NCBI GenBank assembly: GCA_051362555.1
Contig: CM120643.1
Location: 4,526,001-4,590,000 of the forward strand
Source of the DNA: Lingula anatina
Taxonomy: Eukaryota > Animalia > Brachiopoda
Length of the DNA stretch: 64,000 nucleotides
Direction of reading: 5' to 3'
Shown here piece after piece: positions 24,129 through 37,540 of the stretch (position 1 is its first letter; each line of letters begins with the position of its first letter). The translations under genes and the position numbers were made by a program. The notes beneath the pieces were generated by a model that saw only the letters and a list, made by a program, of their open reading frames with translations, had not been told where the DNA came from and ran no database searches.

Positions 24129-25534
24129 GGGGTCTAAGTAGTTGTGACATTTTGTCTCTTTTACCCACTGTACACTCAAGAAACATCAGAAACATCAGAT
24201 CAAATATGATAAGGAAATCATTTTCCAAATAGTAAACCTAAAGATGTACTAACAAAATGAAATGATCCAAATTGAATAGTGTGAAATGGGTTATTGTCTA
24301 AGCTTTGAAGATTTTATAAGCTAAATTTTTTACTTCTAATACTAGGATAATTTTAAAAAATCATATTTAAAAATGTCCATAAAAACTAAATGAAACAAAA
24401 TACATAGAAGACTTTCTTGATTTCTTACACAGTAAATAACCATCTATTCTGAAGCCATCTCACATGAGGTGTTGCAGTTAAAGCAGCAGCTACAGAGGAA
24501 ATGTAAGATCTTGAACAAAAAGTGGCAGTGCATTTCAAGTAATGGTTTAACTGAAATATTATTATTAGAAAACTGTTTGAACTAATGTCTTCAAACTTAG
24601 GAACTGATAAATCTAGTTTTACATTTTTTTCAAAAATCATGCTGGTTTCTGTTTTTATTTCAACATGAATGGAATACAGATAACACATTTTGAGGAAAAA
24701 CTATTTGGCCTATTTTTTTACTAATTTAGGTTTGACCTGGAAATTCCGTGTTCCTGAAGACCTTTTGCTTGTCACAATTCCTGAATATCTAGGTTACCTG
24801 CTGTGCATAATTAAAACTGGTGGTGATTATGCTGTTAAGCATTTTGTAATATTACATTAAAATTGACAAAACCCGTATTTTGGTCACTGCCACTATAAAG
24901 CCTTACCCTCTACCAGAGCCACAGGTTGCTTTTTCACAAGATATTCACAGATGTGTCTTATAAATAGATAGACATTTGACTTTGGAAATGTGAAAAATGT
25001 GCCTTGAATATCTGCCACCCTGGTAGAGGCTAATGAAGACCATTTATATTAAGGAAAACCTTCTTACTAATTATTCTCATACTCAAAGAAAAGATTAATA
25101 GGGCTGATATACAGCTTTATTTAAAAAAACAGCCTATCAGTAATAGAATTCTTTTATTGCAGAAATGCAGATTTTTGTGAAATGCACATGAAAAGAAAGA
25201 GTCAAAAATTCACTCAAGTTCCATTGATTGAGTTGCATTGATTTTTTGCATCAACAGTTCACCTCTTATATCTTAAAATGTGTCATGTTGTTGTCATATT
25301 GTTCTTATCAAACAGACAATTGGATTTGTTTTGATAATTAGCCTTTATTCATGAGATACTTATTAAGTTGATAGCAGTAGATTTACCTTGAGCTGTAGAG
25401 GATCCTTGGACAATTCCCCCCAGGACATCCCCCCCTCCCCCCCCCCCCCAGGACAATTCTCCCCTGGATGATTCGCCCCCCCCCCCCCCAAGAAATATAT
25501 ATTAATATACAAATATAAAGTAAATTAGTGTTAA

Positions 25535-25873
25535 AGGGGTAATAACTCTTCATTTTGGCTAAAAAAAAAAGAATTTTCCTAGAGTAAACAACAATTTTCC
25601 CATACTTGCCAATGGTTAATGAATCTATTTTTACATTCAAAGTTAGTCCCTGTTTTTTTCCAAAAAGTTTGGTTTTTTGTTAAAATCTCTTAAGAGATTA
25701 TAACAGAGTATCGCCGTCAATGGAGGTCACATGGTCTGAAGACAAGCTCAGATATCAGAATAATAGCTATAACTGCCATTTTTGTGGTAAAACAGAATAT
25801 ATTATATTTCTATGAGTTGTTCTCAATGTTTTTATTGTGAAATATAGAGCTCATACGAAGAGTTATTACCCCT
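25535..25873 (-). mobile_element. Kolobok-type MITE, complete
   Basis: TTAA TSDs (25531-25534, 25874-25877) and a perfect 17-bp TIR AGGGGTAATAACTCTTC...GAAGAGTTATTACCCCT. Confidence 0.9.
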
Positions 25874-26087
25874 TTAAGTTCAAAGCATTTCATCCAATTT
25901 ATTAATGTTTTTAGCGCGATAATACAACTTCATCATTAAATAAATTACATAACAAAGTCCTTTTTTGTTGAGTACAAGTACAGAAAGTATTATTACAAAT
26001 CAAAGTATAACCACCTATCCTCATGGTAAAAGTGGGGAAATAGATGAACAGGTAAACGGATATTTTATGAATATTTTCAGTGTGACA

Positions 26088-26324
26088 GGTAGTGAGTAGG
26101 TGGGTAGTGGGTAGGTGGGTAGTGGGTAGGTGGGTAGTAGGTAGTGGGTAGGTGGGTGGTGGGTAGTAGGTAGTGGGTAGGTGGGTAGTAGGTAGTGGGT
26201 AGGTGGGTGGTGGGTAGTAGGTAGTGGGTAGTAGGTAGTGGGTAGGTGGGTGGTGGGTAGTAGGTAGTGGGGTAGGTAGGTAGTGGGTAGGTGGGTAGTA
26301 GGTAGTGGGTAGGTGGGTAGTAGT
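26088..26324. repeat. G-rich complex microsatellite (GGTA/GTGGGTA)
   Basis: ~240 bp composed only of GGTAGTGGGTAGGTG-like units. Confidence 0.95.
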
Positions 26325-27049
26325 CAAGCAATTAAAAGTGACAGATAACCAAAGGGATACCTAGATAAGAAAGAATCCCCTTCTCTCCCTAGAGATTCAA
26401 GGCTTACTTAATCAAAGGGGGAGTAAGGGGGAGCAATTAAAAGTAACAGTTAATTCATCAAAGGGTTACCTGGATGAGTGAGATCATCTGTTTACCCCAA
26501 TTTTTACATGGAAATATACTTTGATCAGATTTTTAATTAAATTTTCTGTACTTCCATTTCTAAAATTTTCTGTACTTGTAAATGATTTGTTTAATGAAAT
26601 TAGCATTCTCTATCCTTGAGTTGCATCATCACACTAAGAAATACTCATAAAATGGATGAAAAGATTTGAACTTTATACTCTTTCCTTTATAATTTTACAT
26701 AAATATATTTCTTGGGGGGGGGGGTCCAGGGGGGAACTGTCCGGGGGGAAATGGTCCTGATGTGACAAGCCGTTGGCCACTGTAAATATGAACATATAGG
26801 AGGCCATAAAATCACCATTTATCTCACTAAAGAATATCGTTAAAAGGTTTTTAGTGAACGTCTCTTGCCACATCAGTTCCTCCATCTACCGATCCGAAAT
26901 AACAGATCATTCTGTACAAATGTAGAATGAAGTTGTTCATATATCTGCAATAAGAAGTATTACTTACAATGTACAATACCTTAGTGTGAGACTGTGTTTT
27001 TCATTTGTGTCATACTACACTGTTTTACATTTGCCAAGCAAAGAGAGAC

Positions 27050-27601
27050 ACATTTTATATTGATGAGTGTCTTCACGAAATGATTTAAAAAGGCAAGACA
27101 GCGAATGTACTTTTTAAGGAAATTGAAAGCTTTTACCAGGAATGTGTCTATTTTAACGAACTTTTATAGATGTGTTTTGAAAAGTATTTTAATTTACACT
27201 GTAACTGTTTGGTATGGGCGTGCAACTGTAGAGGATAAAAAACAACTAGAAAAGATTGTTGAAACGGCAGGTAATGTAACTGGAACGAATCTTACTCCCA
27301 TTCATTCCATTTATCTCGATGGGGTTAAAAATAAAACAGCTTCCATCATGACTGATCCAGCTCAAACCCTATTCAAATTTTTACCCAGTAACTCAAGGCT
27401 GTTAGTTTATAAGGGCAGTAAGCGATTTTTATCTAGCTTTTATCCTTCAGCAGTAGCTCTTTTTATCGCTAATACGTAATTTCATTTTAGTACTTTTAAA
27501 AAGTTTTATTCAATAATGATGCTATTACAGGGCAAAAAATTCCAGATGTTATACATCTGTATTTTATTGGTTTAATAAATTATTATCTATTATCTATCTA
27601 A
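27050..27601 (+). mobile_element. 5'-truncated Rex1/Babar-like LINE (C-terminal end of ORF2 and tail)
   Basis: ARQRMYFLRKLK...LTNFYRCVLKSILIYTVTVWYG...FKFLPS...RFLSSFYPSAV is the typical post-RT C-terminus of Rex1/Babar; ends with AATAAA and a TTATCTA/TCTA repeat tail. Confidence 0.85.
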
Positions 27602-28236
27602 TTTGCAAAATCTTGTTATTTTAACTTTCTTTCGAACTGGTCATTGTAAGTGATGACACATTCTACAAACATGATGCCCACCTCATTCAAAAAGGACATC
27701 CTTTTTTTCAAAAAAAGTCAAAGAAATTACATTGTAGTGTAATACCACGATCTTACGTTAAATAAGTACTCTCTCTCTCTCTCTCTCGAGCGCGCGTACG
27801 TACTCGCATTCAAAAGCAACAAAGTCACAGACAGACTACACCCATTCCCTGTGCACCTACAGTAACTATGGCAACCTTTCCTGAGCTTTGTACAGGCAAA
27901 TGTTAGTTTTTCTGCTGGCACAGAAGATATTCACACGGCTTTATGTGTTACTTTAACAAGAAAGGGAGTCATTCTTCTGAAATGTCCCTGAATATTACCC
28001 CTTAGGAGGTTAAAAGGGTACAGCCAACAAGGTGGCCTACTAAGAACTCGCTGGCCTAAAATAAAAGATCTCGAATAATTGTCAAAACTTGGCAAATTTT
28101 TGCAGATTAATGTAATTTCGGAGGAGATTGAAGTCCTGGAATAATGATGAAGACAAATGTTGAATTTACTTGCTTCACCTTTGTCGTGCTGACATTTTTC
28201 TTTGTAGCCTCTAATGTCAGAATACAGCTCTATGTA

Positions 28237-28237
<1 letters not shown>

Positions 28238-28273
<36 letters not shown>
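28238..28273. repeat. (CA)n microsatellite
   Basis: Directly visible. Confidence 0.95.
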
Positions 28274-28277
<4 letters not shown>

Positions 28278-29802
28278 TAGAAAGAGAGAGAGAGACGCTT
28301 TTCCTGCATTAACATTACACTGTAAATGGGCACAAAGCTTAATTTTTTTCCAGTGAAAAAGGTAATTTTTGTGTAATCTGTGTTGACGATATATTGTTTA
28401 CGGCTTCATTTGCCTTTCATATCGTTATTTTTCTACTGGTTATATCAATATAATAAAGATGGAGGTGAAAGTTCAGTGTCCTGATTCCACCCTCCTTCGA
28501 TTTCTGAAAAAAATAAAAACACTATTGAAATTAGAATTTTGACCAGCTGAATTATAGTTCTAAACCGTATCAAATGACACCGTTCGCTCTCTGAAATAGC
28601 AAAATATTTCAATGAGGGTGGAGGAGGGGGTAGATTAATAAGAGGCTTAGCTTCGCATCCGCGGCCTGTCAATCCTAAAACTAGTGGAAGCAAGTTCATG
28701 CTTTGTCCTTTCGAGAAACAAATGATCATCAACTTCTCACATTGCAATTTAGAATTTTACATAGAATTTATTTCACGAATTCGATGCTTTTTAAATATAA
28801 TATGTTAGGACATGAGTGATGCACTTTCTGTAATGACCCAAAAGAAACTTTATTACATATTTTCTGGGATTGTACACATGGTCAAGCTATTAGGACTTAT
28901 CTCATTCAGAACCTACGTACACAGTACTCTGTTGAATTACAACAACAACCTTGCCTGTTTATATTTGGAATCCTGGACGACAGCCCTCTCTTAGGTATTA
29001 ATCCACTACTTCTTTATATATAGAAATATTAAACTCTATGTAGACAGAATAAAATTACACCTCTCTGGAATGCTGCAAAAAGTATTTGGAAAAGCAAAAG
29101 AAAATAGATTTTCAGTCTTTATACCTACTGGGTCCTCAAAAGGCAGATGATCTAAGAAAAAATGGGAATGTGTAGAAAAAATATTTATATGAATAGGAAA
29201 GAACATTTGTCATGGCCTAGGCCTACTAAGATTCCTTTATTTAAAAAAATTCTACATGTATTTTTTAATCATTTATAAGAACTTTTTTTGCAGTGTGTGA
29301 ATGGTGGAAGGTGTCTTTGTCTCTCATTGTGTTGTAATTTTCGTGAATAAAAAAAAAAAATAAAAAAAAATTAAAGAATAAAAAAAAAATTAAAAAAACT
29401 ATTCTTTAATAGCTACAAGTAATTTTTGTTGTTTATTCTAAATAATGCTTGTAAAAATGAAGACCCGGACACAAAACACAGACTTCTTTCAGGTTGTTTT
29501 ACTTCAAGTGTAGCATAGTTGGTGCCTAAGATAAAGCCCCCCCTCCCTCCCCCCTCCCAATTGCCTGTATAATTCTCCCATTCGATTATCGATTTTTTCT
29601 TGTGTGGAACATTTTAGGGGGAAGATGTTGAGAAAAAGTTATCAAGTTACCAAAAAATATTTGACAATAATGAAGTTACTGAAAGCAAAGTATATTGCAA
29701 TATTTTAGAAAGTTAAAAAAAAGAACCTCAATTATTTAATTTCACAGCGTACAACTTTGCAGATATGATGAGACCTTTCTATTTCATCTGCCTCTCCCTA
29801 AA

Positions 29803-30156
29803 ATGGCGCTGACCGCGTTAACTCTTCAGCTCCCGGGAAACGCAGAGAATCCAGCGCGTTGTGGCAGCATGAGAACTGGCAACGATACGTACACATAGGA
29901 GCCAGGGTGGGTTAGGAGGGGGTAATCCCCCCCCCTCTCACGCACACATTTTCCAATCAGCGGGGAGAGTATGTGATGAACTAACATTGTAAACTTTCCC
30001 TCAGCTCCATGGCGTAAATAAAGAAGAAAAACTATGTGCTTGCAGCACTATTTCTACACGGCAACCCAAGTCTCTACTTGAGAACAATGAGTGGGTCACT
30101 CGTAGTGGACAGTGGTCAACAAGTCACGAAGACAGCACTGCCCTGGGGACACTCAG
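29803..30156 (+). pseudogene. Degenerate THAP-like first exon, interrupted by a MITE
   Basis: AAAATGGCG start. Across frameshifts it reads LP...ENPAR.AA(W)ELA..R and YV(L)CS..FLHGNPS, resembling THAP 'FP..RR..W..A..R...CS.HF..G.PS'. Phase-1 donor CAG|GTAAGC at 30156. Confidence 0.35.
29894..30011. mobile_element. Small hAT-like MITE
   Basis: CATAGGAGC...GCTCCATG ends; imperfect flanking duplication ACGTACA/GCGTAAA. Confidence 0.5.
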
Positions 30157-30793
30157 GTAAGCTGGCCATTAGTGATGGGGTCATCAGTTGACCACAATAC
30201 AGAGGTCACTTTCAGTGTCATATTTGCATTTTCATAGATTTTAAGTTTGTATATATCATAATCAGTAATTACCAGTGCATATAAAAACCATTGAGAGCAG
30301 AGGGATGGGTTAGCCTTATTTTCACCACTCAATTTACCATTTTTTGACATTGTGATTTGTTCTTTATAGTATATGTAGATTTATTATTATGATGATGATG
30401 ATGATGCTAGAATTTCATTTGTTGACTAACTGTTACAGAATGTTGCCAGTGTTAGGTGGACTGTTCTGTCCAGTTGATAACAACTTAAAATTTTGAAATG
30501 ACACTCTTTGAATAGGGAGAGAAGAGGGATTGTAGAAATTCACCAGGTTAGGTGATTAACAACAATTTGTAGAATTTTACAATTTATAGTGAAAGAAAGA
30601 CAAATGGAGTAAAATTTGAATAATGATTTTTTGCAAATTTATTACTTGACATGCAATTGACATATTTGTAATGGAGATTAAGAACTAATTTGACATTTCT
30701 AGAAGCTGAGGGAGCCAAGAAACAAAAAAATGGATTTTGGTTATGATCCATTTCTTTATAATTAGTTAATGAAGAAAATAAATTAATAATAAA

Positions 30794-30796
30794 GAG

Positions 30797-30847
<51 letters not shown>

Positions 30848-30914
30848 GAGAAAGAGAGAAAGAGAAACGGCAAAGAAAGTAAGAGAGCCAAAGAGAGAGA
30901 GAGAGGAGAGAGAA
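30794..30914. repeat. (AG)n microsatellite / purine tract
   Basis: Directly visible. Confidence 0.9.
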
Positions 30915-30949
30915 AGTTTCTGAGTGTGTGTTTGAGAGAGAATCAGTGA

Positions 30950-33900
30950 GAACACATTCAGAACAGAAGACTAGATCCACAGAACACATTCAGAACAGTA
31001 GACTAGATCCACAGAGCACATTCAGAACAGCAGACTAGATCCACAGAGCACATTCAGAATAGTAGACTAGATCCACAGAGCACATTCAGAACAGCAGACT
31101 AGATCCACAGAGCACATTCAGAATAGTAGACTAGATCCACAGAGCACATTCAGAACAGTAGACTAGATCCACAGAGCACATTCAGAACAGCAGACTAGAT
31201 CCACAGAGCACATTCAGAATAGTAGACTAGATCCACAGAGCACATTCAGAACAGCAGACTAGATCCACAGAGCACATTCAGAACAGTAGACTAGATCCAC
31301 AGAACACATTCAGAATAGTAGACTAGATCCACAGAGCACATTCAGAACAGTAGACTAGATCCACAGAGCACATTCAAAACAGCAGACTAGATCCACAGAG
31401 CACATTCAGAACAGTAGACTAGATCCACAGAACACATTCAGAATAGTAGACTAGATCCACAGAGCACATTCAGAACAGTAGACTAGATCCACAGAGCACA
31501 TTCAGAACAGTAGACTAGATCCACAGAGCACATTCAGAACATTAGACTAGATCCACAGAGCACATTCAGAATAGTAGACTAGATCCACAGAGCACATTCA
31601 GAATAGCAGACTAGATCCACAGAGCACATTCAGAATAGTAGACTAGATCCACAGAGCACATTCAGAACATTAGACTAGATCCACAGAGCACATTCAGAAC
31701 ATTAGACTAGATCCACAGAGCACATTCAGAACATTAGACTAGATCCACAGAGCACATTCAGAACAGTAGACTAGATCCACAGAACACATTCAGAATAGTA
31801 GACTAGATCCACAGAGCACATTCAGAACAGTAGACTAGATCCACAGAGCACATTCAGAACATTAGACTAGATCCACAGAGCACATTCAGAATAGTAGACT
31901 AGATCCACAGAGCACATTCAGAACAGTAGACTAGATCCACAGAGCACATTCAGAACAGTAGACTAGATCCACAGAGCACATTCAGAACATTAGACTAGAT
32001 CCACAGAGCACATTCAGAACATTAGACTAGATCCACAGAGCACATTCAGAATAGTAGACTAGATCCACAGAGTACATTCAGAACAGTAGACTAGATCCAC
32101 AGAGCACATTAAGAACATTAGACTAGATCCACAGAGCACATTCAGAACAGTAGACTAGATCCACAGAACACATTCAGAACAGTAGACTAGATCCACAGAA
32201 CACATTCAGAACAGTAGACTAGATCCACAGAGTACATTCAGAACAGCAGACTAGATCCACAGAGCACATTCAGAATAGCAGACTAGATCCACAGAGCACA
32301 TTCAGAATAGTAGACTAGATCCACAGAGCACATTCAGAACATTAGACTAGATCCACAGAACACATTCAGAACAGTAGACTAGATCCACAGAGTACATTCA
32401 GAACAGCAGACTAGATCCACAGAGCACATTCAGAATAGCAGACTAGATCCACAGAGCACATTCAGAATAGTAGACTAGATCCACAGAGCACATTCAGAAC
32501 ATTAGACTAGATCCACAGAGCACATTCAGAACAGTAGACTAGATCCACAGAGCACATTCAGAATAGTAGACTAGATCCACAGAGCACATTCAGAACAGTA
32601 GACTAGATCCACAGAGCACATTCAGAACAGTAGACTAGATCCACAGAACACATTCAGAATAGTAGACTAGATCCACAGAGCACATTCAGAACAGTAGACT
32701 AGATCCACAGAGCACATTCAGAACATTAGACTAGATCCACAGAGCACATTCAGAATAGTAGACTAGATCCACAGAGCACATTCAGAACAGTAGACTAGAT
32801 CCACAGAGCACATTCAGAACAGTAGACTAGATCCACAGAGCACATTCAGAACATTAGACTAGATCCACAGAGCACATTCAGAACATTAGACTAGATCCAC
32901 AGAGCACATTCAGAATAGTAGACTAGATCCACAGAGTACATTCAGAACAGTAGACTAGATCCACAGAGCACATTCAGAACATTAGACTAGATCCACAGAC
33001 CACATTCAGAATAGCAGACTAGATCCACAGAGCACATTCAGAACAGCAGACTAGATCCACAGAACACATTCAGAACAGCAGACTAGATCCACAGAGCACA
33101 TTCAGAACAGCAGACTAGATCTACAGAGCACATTCAGAACAGCAGACTAGATCCACAGAACACATTCAGAACAGTAGACTAGATCCACAGAGCACATTCA
33201 GAACAGCAGACTAGATCCACAGAGCACATTCAGAACAGTAGACTAGATCCACAGAACACATTCAGAACAGCAGACTAGATCCACAGAGCACATTCAGAAC
33301 AGCAGACTAGATCCACAGAACACATTCAGAACAGCAGACTAGATCCACAGAACACATTCAGAATAGTAGACTAGATCCACAGAGCACATTCAGAACAGTA
33401 GACTAGATCCACAGAGCACATTCAGAACATTAGACTAGATCCACAGAGCACATTCAGAACAGTAGACTAGATCCACAGAACACATTCAGAACAGTAGACT
33501 AGATCCACAGAACACATTCAGAACAGCAGACTAGATCCACAGAGCACATTCAGAACAGCAGACTAGATCCACAGAGCACATTCAGAACAGCAGACTAGAT
33601 CCACAGAGCACATTCAGAACAGCAGACTAGATCCACAGAACACATTCAGAACAGTAGACTAGATCTACAGAGCACATTCAGAACAGCAGACTAGATCCAC
33701 AGAGCACATTCAGAACAGTAGATTAGATAGCACATTCAGAACAGTAGACTACATCCACAGAGCACATTCAGAACAGTAGACTAGATCCACAGAGCACATT
33801 CAGAACAGCAGACTAGATCCACAGAACACATTCAGAACAGTAGACTAGATCCACAGAGCACATTCAGAACATTAGACTAGATCCACAGAACACATTCAGA

Positions 33901-35471
33901 ACAGTAGACTAGATCCACAGAACACATTCAGAACAGTAGACTAGATCCACAGAACACATTCAGAACAGTAGACTAGATCCACAGAGCACATTCAGAACAT
34001 TAGACTAGATCCACAGAGCACATTCAGAACATTAGACTAGATCCACAGAGCACATTCAGAACATTAGACTAGATCCACAGAACACATTCAGAACAGTAGA
34101 CTAGATCCACAGAACACATTCAGAACAACAGACTAGATTCACAGAGCACATTCAGAACAGTAGACTAGATCCACAGAGCACATTCAGAACAGTAGACTAG
34201 ATCCACAGAGCACATTCAGAACATTAGACTAGATCCACAGAACACATTCAGAACAGTAGACTAGATCCACAGAACACATTCAGAACAGTAGACTAGATCC
34301 ACAGAACACATTCAGAACAGTAGACTAGATCCACAGAACACATTCAGAACAACAGACTAGATTCACAGAGCACATTCAGAACAGTAGACTAGATCCACAG
34401 AGCACATTCAGAACATTAGACTACATCCACAGAGCACATTCAGAACAGTAGACTAGATCCACAGAGCACATTCAGAACATTAGACTAGATCCACAGAACA
34501 CATTCAGAACAGTAGACTAGATCCACAGAACACATTCAGAACAGTAGACTAGATCCACAGAACACATTCAGAACAGTAGACTAGATCCACAGAACACATT
34601 CAGAACAACAGACTAGATTCACAGAGCACATTCAGAACAGTAGACTAGATCCACAGAGCACATTCAGAACATTAGACTAGATCCACAGAACACATTCAGA
34701 ACAGTAGACTAGATCCACAGAACACATTCAGAACAGTAGACTAGATCCACAGAACACATTCAGAACAGTAGACTAGATCCACAGAACACATTCAGAACAG
34801 TAGACTAGATCCACAGAACACATTCAGAACAACAGACTAGATTCACAGAGCACATTCAGAACAGTAGACTAGATCCACAGAGCACATTCAGAACATTAGA
34901 CTAGATTCACAGAGCACATTCAGAACAGTAGACTAGATCCACAGAGCACATTCAGAACATTAGACTAGATCCACAGAACACATTCAGAACAGTAGACTAG
35001 ATCCACAGAACACATTCAGAACAACAGACTAGATTCACAGAGCACATTCAGAACAGTAGACTAGATCCACAGAGCACATTCAGAACATTAGACTAGATCC
35101 ACAGAACACATTCAGAACAGTAGACTAGATCCACAGAACACATTCAGAACAGTAGACTAGATCCACAGAGCACATTTAGAACAGTAGACTAGATCCACAG
35201 AGCACATTCAGAACATTAGACTAGATCCACAGAACACATTCAGAACAGTAGACTAGATCCACAGAACACATTCAGAACAGTAGACTAGATCCACAGAACA
35301 CATTCAGAACAGTAGACTAGATCCACAGAACACATTCAGAACAGTAGACTAGATCTACAGAGCACATTTAGAACAGTAGACTAGATCCACAGAGCACATT
35401 CAGAACAGTAGACTAGATCCACAGAGCACATTCAGAACAGTAGACTAGATCCACAGAGCACATTCAGAACA
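30950..35471. repeat. Satellite array, 32-bp monomer x ~141
   Basis: Monomer CACATTCAGAACAGTAGACTAGATCCACAGAG in head-to-tail tandem, with variation confined to a few positions. No unique spacers, so not a CRISPR array. Confidence 0.98.
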
Positions 35472-35498
35472 GGGGACTAACAAATATACCAAGCAGGG

Positions 35499-35969
35499 TG
35501 TAGTTAATCCTGTTGTTCTTACATCAGGACCATAGGATGTAGTTAATCCTGTAGTTCTTACATCAGGACCATAGGATGTAGTTAATCCTGTAGTTCTTAC
35601 GTCAGGACCATAGGATGTTGTTAATCCTGTTGTTCTTACATCAGGACCATAGGATGTAGTTAATCCTGTTGTTCTTACATCAGGACCATAGGATGAAGTT
35701 AATCCTGTTGTTCTTACATCAGGACCATAGGATGTTGTTAATCCTGTTGTTCTTACATCAGGACCATAGGATGTTGTTAATCCTGTGTCTTACATCAGGA
35801 CCATAGGATGTTGTTAATCCTGTTGTTCTTACATCAGGACCATAGGATGTATAGTTAATCCTGTTGTTCTAACATCAAGACCATAGGATGTAGTTAATCC
35901 TGTTGTTCTTACATCAGGACCATAGGATGTAGTCAATCCTGTTGTTCTTACATCAGGACCATAAGATGC
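35499..35969. repeat. Minisatellite, 39-bp unit x12
   Basis: GTAGTTAATCCTGTTGTTCTTACATCAGGACCATAGGAT in tandem. Confidence 0.97.
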
Positions 35970-36948
35970 AGGACAAGAGGGGGCGTCTCTTCTGTTTTTG
36001 AAACAAGGTTGTTTTGAGGCTTAATAGTTTATTTAACTACCAATAATTGTACAGTGACAAAAGGTATCTTAATTTACTGGGTATTCGACTTATTAAATAA
36101 CTGAAATGGATATTCTCTTGCAAATTACAATGTCTATAACTTTTGCTTTATCTAATTTCATTGCTCATATTATTTGGTAGCATTTGAGAATAAGTTTACT
36201 TCAGGGTTGAGATTTGCCCAAGAAGACATTCACACCTGGAAAGCAGAAGCTTGGATTTTTATTTCATGTTCTCCTCCATTGTATCACACTAAGTTTTTCT
36301 ACTATGACCTGATACTGCAGTAACTTCTTTACAGTCTACCAAAGTACAGCATTTGATACAATAGAAATCCTGAGGCAAGATGGAGGTGCAGTGTGCCTTG
36401 TCTCCATGCGTCAGTTCAAATAAATACAACACATTTTGTTGATTCTTTGAATACATTCATTTTGATTCTCCAGACTTTGTCTGCAGTGAAAATTTGTGGA
36501 TATTATTCTGAGCAAAGTCTGGCAGTTAAAATTACTGTATACACAGTAATATTATAAAATTTAAGCAATTGGAAATTATATAAAATTAAATTATATATAT
36601 AATATATCACTGTCACTATTGACACTCCAAGGTTGACAAGTCAGTAATGTTTATGACTAGTGTATTCATTTTTAAAGTACTTGAAATTCTTTTTAAAGTA
36701 TTTGTTACTCTTTTTAAAGACTTTTTTAATTAAAATTTTATTTATGAATGCCATAATTTCCATAGTTTTGGTAATTGAGTTGCATGCCCTTATAAATGAA
36801 AGTGGCATATATCAATTTCATTATATATCTAATCTTTATTTTTTGCAGTTATGCCTATTAAAATGACTGATATGGAAGGTGGTGGCTTCCAACTGGACAA
36901 TGTTATTGTGAATAACCTGAGTAAATGGTAAGTGTTCCCAAGTTTTAC

Positions 36949-37308
36949 CAAAGGAAGAAGAACTGTTCATTTTGGCCAAAAAGGAATTTTCCTGGGGTAA
37001 AAGATGGTTTTCTCTACTTACCATTGGTTAATGTATCCATTCTGACATTCAAAGTTTGTGCAATAGCTCTTCTTAAAAAGTTTATTTTATTGTTTTAATA
37101 CATTTAAAGGGATACCAACTGTCAGTTTGAGAATCATATTATTACATAAGTGATTATTACTGTTATAGTAAATCAAACGTTTAAAGAAAAAATCCTGAGC
37201 TGATTTTAAATGTTGGAACAGATTCATAATCCATTGGTAAGTATGGGAAAATCGTCGTTTACCACAAGAAAAAAATTTTTTTGACCAAAATGAACAGTTG
37301 TTCTCCCT
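36949..37308. mobile_element. Degenerate Kolobok-type MITE copies
   Basis: Fragment AGGAAGAAGAACTGTTCATTTTGGCC at 36950, and element 37108-37308 (TTAA|AGGGATACCAACTGT...ACAGTTGTTCTCCCT|TCAA). Confidence 0.65.
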
Positions 37309-37540
37309 TCAAGTGATTATTACAGAAGTATATCAATCTTTGAAGACCCACATTTGGTCCACATTGCTTCTTCAATTCAATTCAATTCATTTCATAAAAT
37401 CTAGATGACATTTTCCAGGTGATTTTGAAGTATACCTTATGGTGATGATGAACAAGACTGGATGGCTTCTTGCATTGTCCAGTTGAAGTGGTTAAGTTCA
37501 GTTTCTTGTAATTATGCCCTGACCTCAGTAACTGTCAATC

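Larger units (their letters stand above)
25400..26760. mobile_element. Non-autonomous DNA element with long GGACAATTCCCC-motif inverted arms, carrying nested repeats
   Basis: Left arm GGACAATTCCCCC...CCCCAAGAAATATAT mirrors right arm ATATATTTCTTGGGG...GGGGGGAAATGGTCC. Confidence 0.6.

Noticed and set aside
25911-26331. Thr/Pro/Tyr/His-rich ORFs (extensin- or adhesive-like)
   Set aside because: Translations of a simple G-rich repeat inside a DNA element; no signal peptide or splice context.
30950-35969. CRISPR-like regular 32-bp and 39-bp repeats
   Set aside because: Units are head-to-tail with no unique spacers, no cas genes are present, and the context is eukaryotic; these are satellite DNA.
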